Part shown: in pieces, positions 19,938 to 29,404 of the stretch
How the letters are laid out: each line of letters starts with the position of its first letter
Position numbering within the stretch: the first letter of the stretch is position 1
Source of the DNA: an uncultured Acidobacteriota bacterium
GTDB lineage: Bacteria > Acidobacteriota > UBA6911
Direction: 5' to 3'
DNA: 64,000 nt
Assembly: GCA_963827655.1 (NCBI GenBank)
Contig: CAWHCF010000046.1
Location: 64,001-128,000 of the forward strand
Notes under the pieces: generated by a model
The model's input: the letters and a program-made list of their open reading frames with translations, nothing else
Told to the model about the DNA's origin: nothing
Databases searched by the model: none
Position numbers and translations under genes: made by a program

Positions 19938-22373
19938 ATGGAACAACCCCGAAACCATACGGCCCAAGCATCTCGATTCCTGCCGTTGATTTTCACGCTT
20001 TTCATCGCCGGCGGCTGTGCCGCGCTCGTCTACGAGATCGTCTGGTTCCAGATGCTTCAGCTTATTATTGGCTCCTCGGGGGTCTCCCTGGGGGTCCTGC
20101 TCGGGACCTTCATGGGCGGGATGTGTCTGGGGAGTTTCTGGCTGCCGCGCGTGATCCCCCCTCGGCTACACCCGCTTCGCGTCTACGCCGTGCTCGAGCT
20201 CGGAATCGGAATCCTGGGCATCCTGGTTCTGTTCGGGATGCCGTTCATCGGCCGCCTGTACACGATGCTGGGAGGACACGGGCCCTTGGGAATTCTCCTT
20301 CGGGGGCTATTCTCAGGGATTTGTCTTCTGCCTCCGACGATCTTGATGGGGGCTACGCTGCCGGTCATCGCTCGCTGGGTGGGAACCACTCCGCGCGGCG
20401 TCTCGCGGCTGGGCTTGCTCTATGGCGGCAACACCGCCGGGGCCGTGCTCGGATGCCTTGGCGCCGGATTCTATCTCCTGCGCGTTTACGACATGCCGGC
20501 GGCGACATACGTCGCCGCGGTTCTGAACGTTGCTGCAGCGTTAGTCGCCTTCGTACTGGCCCGCATCACGCCGCACCTGCGGGCCGAAGACTCGGCAGCT
20601 CGGGAGTCCGCCGTCGCGCCGGGTTCCTGGCCCGTCTATGTCACGATCGCGCTTTCGGGCATGAGCGCGCTGGGCGCCGAAGTGGTGTGGACCCGCCAGC
20701 TGACCCTGCTGCTGGGCGGGACAACCTACACATTCTCGATCATCCTCGCCATCTTCCTGGTCGGCCTCGGCCTTGGCAGTGGCATCGGATCGTACGCCGC
20801 GCGCGAGGTGGTTCGACCGCGGCAAGCATTGGGCGTATCCCAATTTCTTCTGGTGGGCGCTATCGCGTGGAGCGCCTGGATGATCGCCAAGTCTCTTCCC
20901 TACTGGCCGATCAACCCGGCACTCACCCAGAGCCCCTGGATCATCTTGCAGGTCGATTTCGTGCGCTGCCTGTGGGCCATCCTCCCGGCGGCAGCCCTGT
21001 GGGGTGCCAGCTTTCCGTTGGCGCTCGCATCGGCCGCATCGGAGGGACAGGATCCCGGGCGGATGGTCGGCGCCGTCTATGCCGCCAATACCGTGGGCGC
21101 GATCGCCGGCGCGCTGGTGTTCAGCACGCTGCTGATCCCGTGGCTGGGCACGCAGGCGTCACAGCGCATCTTGATTACTGTCGCGGCGCTTTCAGCGGTG
21201 TTGATGCTGGCGTTCTGGTCTCCAAGCGAATCGGGCAACTCTGGTTTCGATACTCGCAGGGCTGTCTGGCTCGTGCTGATCATCGGAATCACCCTGGGGT
21301 TAGCTTCGAGCGTCGCTCGGATCCCCGGATTGCTCGTGGCCTACGGCCGCTTCATGACAGTGCGGCTCCAGGACAAGGTGGACATCATCTACGTGGGCGA
21401 GGGGATGAACTCGTCAATGGCCGTGTCGCGGATGCCGAACGGCGTTTTGAACTACCATAACGCCGGCAAGATTCAGGCCTCGAGCGAGCCGCAGGACATG
21501 CGGCTGCAGCTAATGCTGGGGCATCTCACGACGCTGCTGCCGGAGCATCCGCGATCTATCCTCGTCATCGGGTGTGGTGCCGGGGTGACGGCAGGCGCGG
21601 TCAGTGTCAACCCGGAGGTGGAACGGGTCACCATAGTCGAAATCGAACCGCTCGTACCTCAGGTCGTTTCGAAGTATTTCAGCGAATACAACTATGACGT
21701 CGTCCGCAACCCTAAGGTCCGTGTCGAGCTGGACGACGCGAGACACTACCTTCTTACGACCCGGGAGAAGTTTGACGCCATCACATCCGATCCGTTCGAC
21801 CCATGGGTCAAGGGCGCAGCGACGCTTTACACGAAGGAATTCTTTGAGGAGGTCCGGGAACACCTGAATCCAGGCGGCGTCGCCACGGTATTCGTCCAGC
21901 TTTACCAGAGCAGCACGGATGTAGTAAAGAGCGAGATAGCGACCTTTCTTCAAGTTTTCCCGGACGGCGTCGTCCTGGGAAACACTTACGATGGCGCGGG
22001 CTACGACCTGGTGCTGCTGGGCCGGCTGGCACAGACGCCGATTGACCTCGACGAGATGGAGCGACGCTTGCGCACCCCGGAGTTCGCTCAAGTGGCGCAG
22101 TCGCTGCGGAAAACAGGATTCTACTCGGCGGTCGATCTATTCTCGACCTTCGCGGCTCAGGGACCGTACCTGAAACCATGGTTGCAGGACGCGCAGATTA
22201 ACCGTGACCGGAATCTGAGACTTCAGTACCTGGCAGGTCTGGGGTTGAACCAGTCCCAGGAGGCGGCCATCTATTGGCAGATACTGGCCTGCCGCCGGTT
22301 TCCGGAGAATCTGTTCACGGCTTCACCCGAGCGTTTGCAGGCGCTGAAACTCGGCATTGCGGCAGCTCAGTGA
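19938..22373 (+). CDS. Fused membrane (MFS-like) / spermidine synthase-like SAM-dependent protein
   Basis: GCAALVYEIVW, many TM helices, ILVIGCGAGVT, VEIEP, DDARHYL. Confidence 0.88.
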   Translation: MEQPRNHTAQASRFLPLIFTLFIAGGCAALVYEIVWFQMLQLIIGSSGVSLGVLLGTFMGGMCLGSFWLPRVIPPRLHPLRVYAVLELGIGILGILVLFGMPFIGRLYTMLGGHGPLGILLRGLFSGICLLPPTILMGATLPVIARWVGTTPRGVSRLGLLYGGNTAGAVLGCLGAGFYLLRVYDMPAATYVAAVLNVAAALVAFVLARITPHLRAEDSAARESAVAPGSWPVYVTIALSGMSALGAEVVWTRQLTLLLGGTTYTFSIILAIFLVGLGLGSGIGSYAAREVVRPRQALGVSQFLLVGAIAWSAWMIAKSLPYWPINPALTQSPWIILQVDFVRCLWAILPAAALWGASFPLALASAASEGQDPGRMVGAVYAANTVGAIAGALVFSTLLIPWLGTQASQRILITVAALSAVLMLAFWSPSESGNSGFDTRRAVWLVLIIGITLGLASSVARIPGLLVAYGRFMTVRLQDKVDIIYVGEGMNSSMAVSRMPNGVLNYHNAGKIQASSEPQDMRLQLMLGHLTTLLPEHPRSILVIGCGAGVTAGAVSVNPEVERVTIVEIEPLVPQVVSKYFSEYNYDVVRNPKVRVELDDARHYLLTTREKFDAITSDPFDPWVKGAATLYTKEFFEEVREHLNPGGVATVFVQLYQSSTDVVKSEIATFLQVFPDGVVLGNTYDGAGYDLVLLGRLAQTPIDLDEMERRLRTPEFAQVAQSLRKTGFYSAVDLFSTFAAQGPYLKPWLQDAQINRDRNLRLQYLAGLGLNQSQEAAIYWQILACRRFPENLFTASPERLQALKLGIAAAQ

Positions 22374-22403
22374 GCTCCGCGGCCTTGAGATGGAGGATAT
22401 CCA

Positions 22404-23435
22404 ATGATGAACCGGATAGGATGGCTGACTTTGTTACTCTCGGCGTTCGTGCTGTTGGAGTGCTGCGGCAGGTCGGGCTCGGGGTCTTCCTACCGGGTTT
22501 ACGTAAGCAACGAAGCCTCGGGTGACCTGACCGTGATCGATCCGGTCACTATGGCGGCTCTGACCACCGTGCCGCTGGGAAAGCGGCCGCGAGGAATTCA
22601 CGCGGGAGCCGACGGAAAGCTGATCTTCGTGGCGCTGAGCGGTTCACCGTCCGCGCCTCCGGGGGTGGATGAGAGCACCTTGCCGCCTCCGGACCGCAGC
22701 GCGGACGGCATCGGCGTTGTCGACGTGGCGCAAAACAAGCTGTTGCGTAAGATCGACGCGGGCTCCGACCCGGAGGAGTTTGCTCTGCGCCGGGATGGCA
22801 GGCTGCTGTATGTCTCGAATGAGGATGCGTCCTGCGTCAGCTTCGTGGATCTTCTCAAGGGACAGGTCCTGAATTCGGTCCCGACCGGCGGAGAGCCGGA
22901 AGGAGTGACACTCAGCCCCGACGAGAGGTTCGTCTATGTGACCTCGGAGGATGACGGTGCGGTGACGGTAGTAGACGCCGCGGCGGCGACAGTGGTCAGG
23001 ACGGTCAACGTTGGTCGGCGGCCCCGCAGCGTTGCTTTCCTTCCTGATGGGTCGCGCGCCTATGTCACCAATGAAAACGATGGCTCCCTGAGTGTGATCG
23101 ACACGGCGAAAGGGGAAGTGACGAGCACGATTCATTTGGGCGAGGGATTGAAACCGATGGCCATGGCGATGAGCCGGGACGGCTCGCGGCTCTACGTCAG
23201 TACCGGACGCGGCAAGAAGGTGGTGATTCTGGAGCCGGCAACGGAGAATATTCTGGCTTCAATTGAAGTGGGGGAGCGTCCGTGGGGAATCGCGCTCTCG
23301 CCCGATGAGAAGCTCCTGTTTACGGCGAACGGGCCTTCCAACGACATCTCGGTCGTCGATGTGGGGACCCGCGCGGTCATCAGTAAGATCAAGGTCGGCG
23401 ACCGGCCCTGGGGAGTGATCGCGCTGAGCCGGTGA
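22404..23435 (+). CDS. YVTN-type beta-propeller (lipo)protein
   Basis: Repeated YVSNE/YVTSE/YVTNE and VGxRPxGI blades; Cys after the signal peptide. Confidence 0.88.
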   Translation: MMNRIGWLTLLLSAFVLLECCGRSGSGSSYRVYVSNEASGDLTVIDPVTMAALTTVPLGKRPRGIHAGADGKLIFVALSGSPSAPPGVDESTLPPPDRSADGIGVVDVAQNKLLRKIDAGSDPEEFALRRDGRLLYVSNEDASCVSFVDLLKGQVLNSVPTGGEPEGVTLSPDERFVYVTSEDDGAVTVVDAAAATVVRTVNVGRRPRSVAFLPDGSRAYVTNENDGSLSVIDTAKGEVTSTIHLGEGLKPMAMAMSRDGSRLYVSTGRGKKVVILEPATENILASIEVGERPWGIALSPDEKLLFTANGPSNDISVVDVGTRAVISKIKVGDRPWGVIALSR

Positions 23436-23442
23436 GGAACAG

Positions 23443-23483
23443 ATACCACGAGGACACAAAGACACGAAGAAACACCAAGAATC
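23443..23483 (+). repeat. 41-bp left arm of an inverted repeat bracketing the alpha/beta hydrolase gene
   Basis: ataccacgaggacacaaagacacgaagaaacaccaagaatc. Confidence 0.9.
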
Positions 23484-23500
23484 ATCCGTTCTTCACCTTA

Positions 23501-24451
23501 CTAGCCGGCAACCTTCCACGCGAATTGGTCGACGGTCGGTTCTCCCTTGAGGTACCCAAGAGACACGAGGAACGCATCGGCCTTCTTCAGAGTGTCCAGG
23601 AAATACTTGTTTTCGCTCCGGCCGAAGTTGAAGAAACCGTGAGGCTGTCCCTCGTAGGTCACCAGCTCGCACCGGCTGCCCTGTTGCTTCATCTGATTGC
23701 AAAAGTACTCGGCGCCTCCAAGCAGGCGGTCAGCCGTGCCGAAAAACAGGATCGCCGGCGGCGCGCCAGAGCGGACGTGATGGGCGGGGGAGACGGCCTG
23801 CGGGTCGGAGCCAAAGCGGTCGGCCAATCTCGCCATGTCCGGGGAATCGAGGGGCGATTTGTCTCCATACCGCGCCAGCGCCGCGGGCGGATTGAACAGG
23901 ACCAGCGCGTTGGGCACCGAACTTGTCGAGCGGTCCTCGCCGGGTTCGTCGAAATCACGGATGTTGGCGGCGGCGGCCGCGATGTGGGCTCCCGCCGAGC
24001 CTCCGCCCGCGACGATGCGGTTTGGATCGATCCCCAGGCGCGCGGCGTTCGTTCGGATCCAGCGCACAGCGGACTTGGCGTCTTTTATGCAATCGACCAC
24101 TTTGGCGGCGTGGCGCGAGGCAACGCGGTAATCGGCGGTCATCGCCACCATGCCGCGCGAAGCGAGATAGCGGCACTGTTGTTCGAACTGGGCCGGGGAG
24201 CCGGCGTTCCAGCCACCGCCGAAAAAGAAGACGATGGCCGGTGTCCGATCGGCGCTCTTGTGGTTCGGCGGCTCGTAGACGTAGAGGTTCAGCTCCGTTG
24301 CGCCGATCTTTTTGTAGACCTCGACCCGGGCGCCCTCGAGCCTGGGTGGATAGGACACTCCGCCCTGGCGAGGTCGCTCCTGGCCCTGGTTCTGGGCCAC
24401 CGCGTGGGTGATGAGCGCAAGCAGTCCGGCGGTGATGGCTGTCTTCCTCAT
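23501..24451 (-). CDS. Secreted alpha/beta hydrolase (BD-FAE/HSL-like esterase)
   Basis: Start ATG 24451 after GGAG; FFFGGGW, GGSAGAH, GTAD, HGFFN. Confidence 0.9.
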   Translation of the reverse strand: MRKTAITAGLLALITHAVAQNQGQERPRQGGVSYPPRLEGARVEVYKKIGATELNLYVYEPPNHKSADRTPAIVFFFGGGWNAGSPAQFEQQCRYLASRGMVAMTADYRVASRHAAKVVDCIKDAKSAVRWIRTNAARLGIDPNRIVAGGGSAGAHIAAAAANIRDFDEPGEDRSTSSVPNALVLFNPPAALARYGDKSPLDSPDMARLADRFGSDPQAVSPAHHVRSGAPPAILFFGTADRLLGGAEYFCNQMKQQGSRCELVTYEGQPHGFFNFGRSENKYFLDTLKKADAFLVSLGYLKGEPTVDQFAWKVAG

Positions 24452-24489
24452 AGTAGGCTCCTTCAAAAGATTCGTAGCTTTTTTAGCAC

Positions 24490-24570
24490 GATTCCTGGTG
24501 TTTCTTCGTGTCTTTGTGTCCTCGTGGTATTTTTTCGCGGCACTAACCACAAAGACCACGAAGAAAACTA
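24490..24570. repeat. 41-bp right arm (1 mismatch to the left arm), then the core and a further forward arm
   Basis: gattcctggtgtttcttcgtgtctttgtgtcctcgtggtat tttttcgcggcac taaccacaaagaccacgaag. Confidence 0.9.
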
Positions 24571-24610
24571 GCGTCCTGGTGTCTCCGTTTAAACGGGTGA
24601 TCAGAACGCT

Positions 24611-25039
24611 ATGGATCAGACCCGATACCGGTTCCATTATCCGCTGCAGGTTCGTTTCGCCGATACGGACGCGCAGGGTCATGTCTTTTTTGGCACGTAC
24701 TTCACCTATCTCGATGAAGGCCTCATGGCCTATCTGCGCAACCTCGGCTTTCCTGTCAGGGCGCTGCTGAAAATGGGAGTCGACATGTTTTACGTGGACG
24801 CCCACTGTCAATTCAAGGCATCGGCAACGTTTGAAGAGATGCTGCACGTGCACGCTCGCATCGGCCGGATCGGCAACAGCAGCCTCACGGCAGAGCTAGC
24901 AATCTACAAGGCAGAAACCGGCGAGCTTCTGGCCACAGGCGAGCTTACCGCAGTCATCATCGACGTCGAGACGAGAAGGCCGGTCCCGGTTCCGGATAAG
25001 CTGCGCGCCGCAATAGCAAGTTACGAAGGCACTGGATGA
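24611..25039 (+). CDS. 4HBT/YbgC-type acyl-CoA thioesterase
   Basis: VRFADTDAQGHVFFGTY, IGNSSL, PVPVPD. Confidence 0.9.
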   Translation: MDQTRYRFHYPLQVRFADTDAQGHVFFGTYFTYLDEGLMAYLRNLGFPVRALLKMGVDMFYVDAHCQFKASATFEEMLHVHARIGRIGNSSLTAELAIYKAETGELLATGELTAVIIDVETRRPVPVPDKLRAAIASYEGTG

Positions 25040-25116
25040 ATCTTCCGCCCTTGCGTCCCGGCGGTGAGCCAAGAACAAGAGTCACCACACAGGGCGCAAG
25101 GACGCGAAGGAGAACC

Positions 25117-26805
25117 TCACTGAACGATCACGGGGCCAGAAACCGCCAGGCGCGTGTACGAGTAACCTGAAAACAGGCGGAACTGGTAGCTTCCGGGAGC
25201 AGTGGGCATCGTGAAGGTGCATGAGCCTGCGGCCTTGGCCGTACTCTCGAAGCTATGGGAACAGGTGCTCGTATGTTTCCAGTCGCTATAGGCGCTGTCG
25301 CCCGCTGATAAAGCGTAGCGGCCGATCCAGTCGATTACTTTTGGATTGGCGATTCCACTCCAACTGACCGTTACGGTGCCGCCTGGGCTGACTGAAGCAG
25401 GGCTGGCGGTCAGAGTGAAGGTTCCGGGAGGAGGGGGTCCGGGAGGGGGTCCGGGAGCGGGTCCGGGACCTGAGGTCCGGATGTGAAGCGCCCAATCGTT
25501 GCCATCGGGGGCCGTGAAAGTCGGTCCGCCGCCGGCCGCGTGCTGCATTCCATTGCGTGGATTGAACCACGTCGCGGTGTGCGAAGCCGGCAGGTTCGCA
25601 ACGGTCGTGCTCCCCCCCGACATCAGGTAGATAATGTATTCGTCCCCGTTTCGCGCGTAACACCACCCGTTAGTGACCAGATGGTCCGAGGGGAACATCC
25701 CCGCCAGATTGACGTCCAGGTCATCCAGGAATTTCCGGGTATAACCTACGTACCGCATTCCGTCGGTCACATCTTGCGAATCCAGAGTCCGCTTGCCTGA
25801 ACATCGCAAAGTGGAAAAAATCCAGGTGTCCGCCGGCCGTTAGAATCGCCCACGCCATTTGGCGGCTGATAGTCCGGGGTATAGACCTCATAAGTCCGAG
25901 TCGTTATTGGCGACTAACGGCCTGTTCCATGAGTGAGCCGACTTCATCTCGGAATGGGTCGTGCGCACATCCGGATCCAAGAAATACCCCGGTGTATTCT
26001 CATGGTTTGGGATATCCCGAGGCATCACCAGATGAGGCGTGAACCCTCTCGATTGCTCATAGGCAGTGATGTAGTTCGCCAGCGCGATCTGCCACGGGAA
26101 TCCCACGGTTTCGGGAAATGCCTCGTTGGCCACCTCCCAGATGATGTTCGGGAGATCTCCCAGCGAGTCGATCACCTTGGAGACGAGGGCCTTCTGATAT
26201 TGGAACACGGGATGGTTGGTGTTCAGCCACTGGTATTGGTCGGTTACCTCGAGGCCGTTGATGTTATTGCCGGCGACATAAAAGTCGTGCTTGAGCCCCC
26301 ATTCCTGCTGGGGGTCGCCATTGCTTGAGGCAACCCACGCGCTGCCATGCCAGAAGTCGAAGATGCTCAACTGAATGACGATCCCTCTGGCCCGGGCATA
26401 TTCCACCACCTGGCGAAAGTAATCGAAGTGAGCCTGGTTGAACTTGGTCAAATCAAACCGGGGTCGGCCATCGGCCGCCAGGCCCGGACCGGTGCGCTGG
26501 TAGGGAACCGTGGTATTTGCGAACGGCTGCCCGGCCGTAAACCAGTTGCGGAAGGAGTTGATGCCGTAGGCGGCCATCTTGTCCATCAAGGATTGGTACC
26601 GCGCAGCGACAGGGTTCGCCTGGTCGATCAGAAGGCTAAGCCCTGGCGTGTATCCCGCCAGGTACCACGTTGATCCGTTCACGACAAAGCGGTGCGGATC
26701 GTTCGGATGAACCCGCGGCACATAGCTGGATTGCTGAGCGGAGACGGCGCTGGCCGAGACCAGCAGAAACGACGTAACGCACCAACGTTTTATTAACGTC
26801 TTCAT
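25117..26805 (-). CDS. Secreted clan GH-A-like glycoside hydrolase with collagen-binding-like domain, Pro linker and Ig-like C-terminus (frameshifts at 25800-25890)
   Basis: Signal peptide; RFDLTKFNQAHFD, IIWEVANE; bridging frame RQMAWAILTAGGH; ATWFNPRNG...DWALHI; PGPAPGPPPGPPP. Confidence 0.7.
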
Positions 26806-27499
26806 ATGGGTACCTCCCAGAAGGTGATCGTGGATTTATAGATTGAGTTAGCCACCCTGCCCGTCGCTGCTGGACGTTCGGGGAGCCGAATTGAGAAGAG
26901 TTTGTCGGCAGCCTGAAAAATCACGAGCGGCATTCCGCTGCTGCCGGTATTCTGCTGCGGCGATGGGTCCGATGGATCCATCTCTGTTCGGAAGAGGGCG
27001 ATTCACATCGACTCTCCGCTTTGGTTATAAAAAACTGTCAGGCTATAAGCCTGGTCATAGACTCAAACTTTGCACCTGAGCGGTTACAGTTTTGCGGCAA
27101 GGGAGAACCGCACCCCAACTCCATAACGGCGAGCCGTGAAGCGCGACTCTACCCCAGCTCTTGATTTGGGGGTGAGGAGGCCAGAGAGGGGTCTGACCTG
27201 AGCTGAGGGCGCGAGTATACCAGATTGTTTCCCGGGTGCATCTCTTTTTTTCTCAGCAAGAAGCCCGGGATTTTCTTATAACAAATTCGCCGCACTGTCA
27301 TCCTTTATTTCTCAAATAATGCGCGACGTCCGGCTGGAGCTCTCAGCGGGTCGTACTGCTCGTGAGGTGAGACGGCACGTTAAATGACACCTCAGAGACA
27401 GCGATTGTGGCGGAGGGTCGTGACCGCCGGAATCTTTGACTTCGGGAAGCGACCCGTCCATTCGGAAGCGAAAAGTGACGCGAGCTCTACAATTCAGTG

Positions 27500-27529
27500 T
27501 TGACGGCTGTTATTTTTTTCTAGAATAAT
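27500..27529 (+). promoter_or_regulatory. Putative sigma70 promoter giving a leaderless transcript
   Basis: TTGACG at 27500; TAGAAT/AATAAT at 27521-27529; ATG at 27535 with no SD sequence. Confidence 0.5.
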
Positions 27530-27534
27530 GCTGC

Positions 27535-28170
27535 ATGACTATCGCCAAGCGTGGACGTCCCACGAAATTCGGCCGTACGTCTCGCGTGGTCGCGCTGACT
27601 TTGCCTGAAGACGTACTGAGCGCGTTGCGCCACGTACATCCCGACCCCGCCCGCGCCATCGTCAAGATCGTTGAAGGGAGCGCCGAGAAAACTCATGGCG
27701 AAGACAATCGGAAACCATTGGCGGAACTGGTTGCAGTCGGATCGCGACGATCCCTGATTGTCGTGGACCGCTGGGCGTTCCAGAATCTGCCGGCGGTTTC
27801 GCTGATTCCGATTTCCGAGGATCGGGCGTTTCTCGCGTTCGAGAAGGGCAAGGATAGCGGCGCCCTGGAACTGGAACTAATTGATCGACTGGAGCAGCCG
27901 GCGGTCAGCCGGGCTGAGCATGAGGCGCTCAACGAGTTGCGTACCTGTCTTCGTGAGTGGCGGCATGATCCGGCACTCAAGTTCTTGTTCCGATCCATTC
28001 TCATCCTGGAACGAGACCCGCGCCGGTCCACCTCAAGCACAGTCACCAGCAGTCTCCTGGCGTCTTCGTGGTTTGCGCGGTCGGACAAGAACCAACCACC
28101 AGGACGCAAAGACACGAAGAAAAACCAAGAATCTTCTCGAAAAAGCAAGAAAGTACCGACAGGCCGTTAG
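27535..28170 (+). CDS. Hypothetical protein, putative DNA-binding (AT-hook-like KRGRP N-terminus)
   Basis: MTIAKRGRPTKFGRTSRVVALTLPEDV; C-terminal ~35 aa are encoded by repeat DNA. Confidence 0.6.
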   Translation: MTIAKRGRPTKFGRTSRVVALTLPEDVLSALRHVHPDPARAIVKIVEGSAEKTHGEDNRKPLAELVAVGSRRSLIVVDRWAFQNLPAVSLIPISEDRAFLAFEKGKDSGALELELIDRLEQPAVSRAEHEALNELRTCLREWRHDPALKFLFRSILILERDPRRSTSSTVTSSLLASSWFARSDKNQPPGRKDTKKNQESSRKSKKVPTGR

Positions 28171-28272
28171 TGACGCGAAGCATCCAGAAAGGCGAAAGAA
28201 TCACGATTGCGTCACGCGCCTGATTCGGAGTATCGTGGGAATGATCTTTCCCGATTCCACGGGATTCTGAGC

Positions 28273-29244
28273 ATGCGCTTGCGTACTTCCATACTGCCGC
28301 TCTTTTTTGCATTGGGCCAGCCCGTCATCGCCGGTTCAGAAAAAGCAACTTTCGAACTCGTCGGCACATTGGTTCCGGGCGAACCCGGCATGTTCAGGAC
28401 TGTGTATCCAACGATCTCACTTCACAGCATCGGCACCCCTTTTTCAGCCCGGGCCGTGGCGAACGTTAAAGGAGAGTTCAAGTTAAAGCGCTTGCAGACC
28501 GGAATGTACACCCTGGTCGCCGTCCTCCCCCAAGTGCGGGTTTTGCGAAAGACCGTGGATATAGGTCCTTCCTTCGCCGACGCCAAAGGAAAGATCTACG
28601 TCACGATACCGTTCGACCGCCTGCCGCCGAATCGCCTGCGATACACGGTTTCGGCATCCCAGCTGGCAATCCCTGACGGCGCCATGAGCGAGTACCGGAA
28701 GGCTCAGGATTATCTCGCGAAGGGTGATTCGGAGCGCGGGATCGCCTGTCTCAAGAAGATCGTGGAAACGACGCCTCAGTTTGCGTCGGCCTGGAACTCG
28801 CTGGGAAGCATCGCGTCCCAATCGGGTCACTTCGAGGAAGCCGAAATCTATTACAAGGAGTCTCTCAACCACAATCCCAGCTCGTATAGAACTCTGCTCA
28901 GTCTTGGCGGCACCCTGATCTCTCAGAAAAAGACCAAAGAAGGCCTCCAGGTCTTTGTGCGAGCCGTGAAGCTTCGGCCCGAGGATCCGGAGGGCCAGGC
29001 GCGGCTGGGCTTGACCTACCTCATGCTCGAAGACCTGGACAAGGCAAAGGAACACCTCGAAGAAGCCAAGAAAATCGAGCCGGGACATTTCTCGTGTCCC
29101 CAGTTATTCCTGGCCCAGATTCACGCGCGTCGAGGGGACGTCGCTTCCTCAATCGCGGAACTCGAGGAATTCCTCAAGCTCCATCCGGATCTGGAGATGG
29201 TTCCTTCGGTTCGCGAAACGATCAAGCAGCTCCGCACTCCCTGA
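28273..29244 (+). CDS. Secreted TPR protein with N-terminal carboxypeptidase-regulatory-like domain
   Basis: Signal peptide; GEFKLKRLQTGMYTL; TPR motifs AWNSLGSI, RAVKLRPED, LFLAQIH. Confidence 0.8.
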   Translation: MRLRTSILPLFFALGQPVIAGSEKATFELVGTLVPGEPGMFRTVYPTISLHSIGTPFSARAVANVKGEFKLKRLQTGMYTLVAVLPQVRVLRKTVDIGPSFADAKGKIYVTIPFDRLPPNRLRYTVSASQLAIPDGAMSEYRKAQDYLAKGDSERGIACLKKIVETTPQFASAWNSLGSIASQSGHFEEAEIYYKESLNHNPSSYRTLLSLGGTLISQKKTKEGLQVFVRAVKLRPEDPEGQARLGLTYLMLEDLDKAKEHLEEAKKIEPGHFSCPQLFLAQIHARRGDVASSIAELEEFLKLHPDLEMVPSVRETIKQLRTP

Positions 29245-29404
29245 CCAGGATCTAGGATTTAGCGATGCTAGGGCACTGGAAATCGAATCCTAAGTCCCAG
29301 CTCCTGAATCCCATATTCTGGTTTCGACCTAATCCTAGATCCTGACTCGGCGCTGCGGTAGAATCAGTCCGACAGTTTAAAAAACAATCTGCCAGGGGGG
29401 TGCC

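Noticed and set aside
24490-24570. Canonical integron attC sites
   Set aside because: GTTAG/CTAAC occurs in the core, but the RYYYAAC...GTTRRRY outer ends are not consistent, genes lie on both strands, and no intI is present.
24452-24853. 133-aa N-terminal extension of the alpha/beta hydrolase in the ORF track
   Set aside because: It runs through repeat DNA and the antisense strand of the thioesterase. The RBS and signal peptide place the start at 24451.
27030-27100. c-di-GMP-I (GEMM) riboswitch on the minus strand (GCAAAAC...GCAAAG...GTCTA)
   Set aside because: The GNRA-capped P2 stem and P1 pairing are missing. The resemblance is too weak without an Infernal score.
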